A stretch of DNA of 64,000 bases from Lama glama (Eukaryota): NCBI GenBank assembly GCA_028534125.1, contig CM052817.1, forward strand, positions 3,226,001 through 3,290,000, read 5' to 3'. This document shows, in pieces, positions 63,155-64,000 of this stretch. The notes below the pieces were generated by a model that saw nothing but the letters and a program-made list of their open reading frames with translations, was not told where the DNA came from and ran no database searches. Position 1 is the first letter of the stretch. Every line of letters begins with the position of its first letter. Made by a program: the position numbers and the translations under genes.

Positions 63155-63254
63155 CTTTCTCTTGTTGGTAGGGCAGATGTAGAAGTTGTCGATGACGGTG
63201 GTGACACCGGGCTGGAGGGTGAGCTTGGTGTAGGATGTCCCAAAATCCGAAGAC
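63155..63254 (-). CDS. SORCS2: Internal coding exon of SORCS2 (VPS10 domain-containing receptor), equivalent to human exon 3
   Basis: Minus strand reads cctgtaccctag|GTCTTCGGATTTT...AACAAGAGAAAG|gtacgt, a 100-nt exon with canonical AG/GT. After 1 nt it translates without stops as SSDFGTSYTKLTLQPGVTTVIDNFYICPTNKRK, which I recognise from memory as SORCS2 VPS10-domain sequence. Start phase 2, end phase 0. Confidence 0.95.
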
Positions 63255-63282
63255 CTAGGGTACAGGATGACAGCTGTTAGCC
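63255..63282 (-). promoter_or_regulatory. 3' splice site region with candidate branch point
   Basis: Minus strand ggCTAACagctgtcatcctgtaccctAG; the CTAAC motif (63276-63280) puts the branch A about 23 nt upstream of the exon. Confidence 0.75.
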
Positions 63283-63644
63283 ACGTGCGGCTCCAAGTGC
63301 AGGTTTATTAAGCCTGCATGGTGTCCAGCACAGGCTGGGCACCAGTGTGCGTGCAGTGCCCAGGGCACCCCGCTGTGTAGTCCTCTTCCCCCGCACCGGG
63401 GCTGCATGTCCCAGCGACCCGGGAGGAGGCCGGGGCTCCTGCAGGACGCCCAGGACTTGCCCAGGTCTGGAGCTGGGAGTGGGGCCAGCCTTCCCAGCAC
63501 ACCACCTCCCCGTCAGCGTCCCAGAGTGCTCTGCCCTGTCCACAGTTTACGTTAGCTTTACTCTGCCGTACCTCAGGGGTTATGAAGGGTCTCACGTGTG
63601 CCGGCCACGTCTAGGTCCGCCCATCTGTTTGATTCCACGAAAAG

Positions 63645-63780
63645 CCCTGACAGATTATATCACTGTGTCCATCTGGCAGGTGACCAGAGGGCGAGGCAGA
63701 GGCTCAGAGGGGCTAGGTTCCTGCCCGAAATCACTCAGCTAACAAGTGGCCAACGTAGAATGTGAGCCCTGGCCCATCCC
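63645..63780 (-). mobile_element. MIR SINE fragment
   Basis: gaggctcagaggggctaggttcctgcccgaaatcactcagctaacaagtggc. Confidence 0.65.
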
Positions 63781-64000
63781 ACAAACAACTGGCATCCTGT
63801 TTGCTCTACAGAGCGTTCCCCGCTGCCCCGACCCTCGTAGTGCCCTGTCTACTTGTCCGTTCCCCTCTCTGGACCCTGAGCTCCTCCAGGGGGCCGCAGC
63901 CTCCATGTTGAGCACGTGCGCCCACAGGACTGCCGGGAGCTCCGGCGCTGCTGGAAGTCAGACCCCAATCCCTGTGCCGGGCGGTGAGCGCCTGCACCCT

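Noticed and set aside
63061..63280. Track ORFs overlapping the SORCS2 exon
   Set aside because: Wrong frame or strand; the splice-bounded frame gives the recognisable peptide.

Overview
GC-rich mammalian genomic DNA, most likely from a camelid, judged from three copies of a tRNA-derived SINE and a young L1 3' end. The only coding sequence I can support is one 100-nt minus-strand exon (63155-63254) encoding (R)SSDFGTSYTKLTLQPGVTTVIDNFYICPTNKRK. I recognise this as an N-terminal VPS10-domain exon of SORCS2 (exon 3 in the human gene). The ORF track does not show it in the correct frame. The rest is therefore SORCS2 intron: about 63 kb downstream of the exon and 0.75 kb upstream. It is filled with MIR, L2, MLT1, MER21, ERV1-type solo LTRs, hAT-Charlie relics, L1 3' ends, simple repeats and a 500-N gap. 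I found no evidence of a new protein-coding system, and the listed ORFs look spurious or repeat-derived. The best non-coding candidates are a TAATTA-containing palindrome in a repeat-free homeodomain-motif block (about 48.6 kb), an intact-looking CCAAT/TATA solo LTR antisense to SORCS2, a MER41-like LTR with a GAS motif, GC-box and E-box tandem arrays, a complex 5'-inverted L1 junction, and a local burst of AT-to-GC changes in one SINE. Repeat family names come from recalled consensus sequences, not a database search, and most repeat boundaries are approximate.
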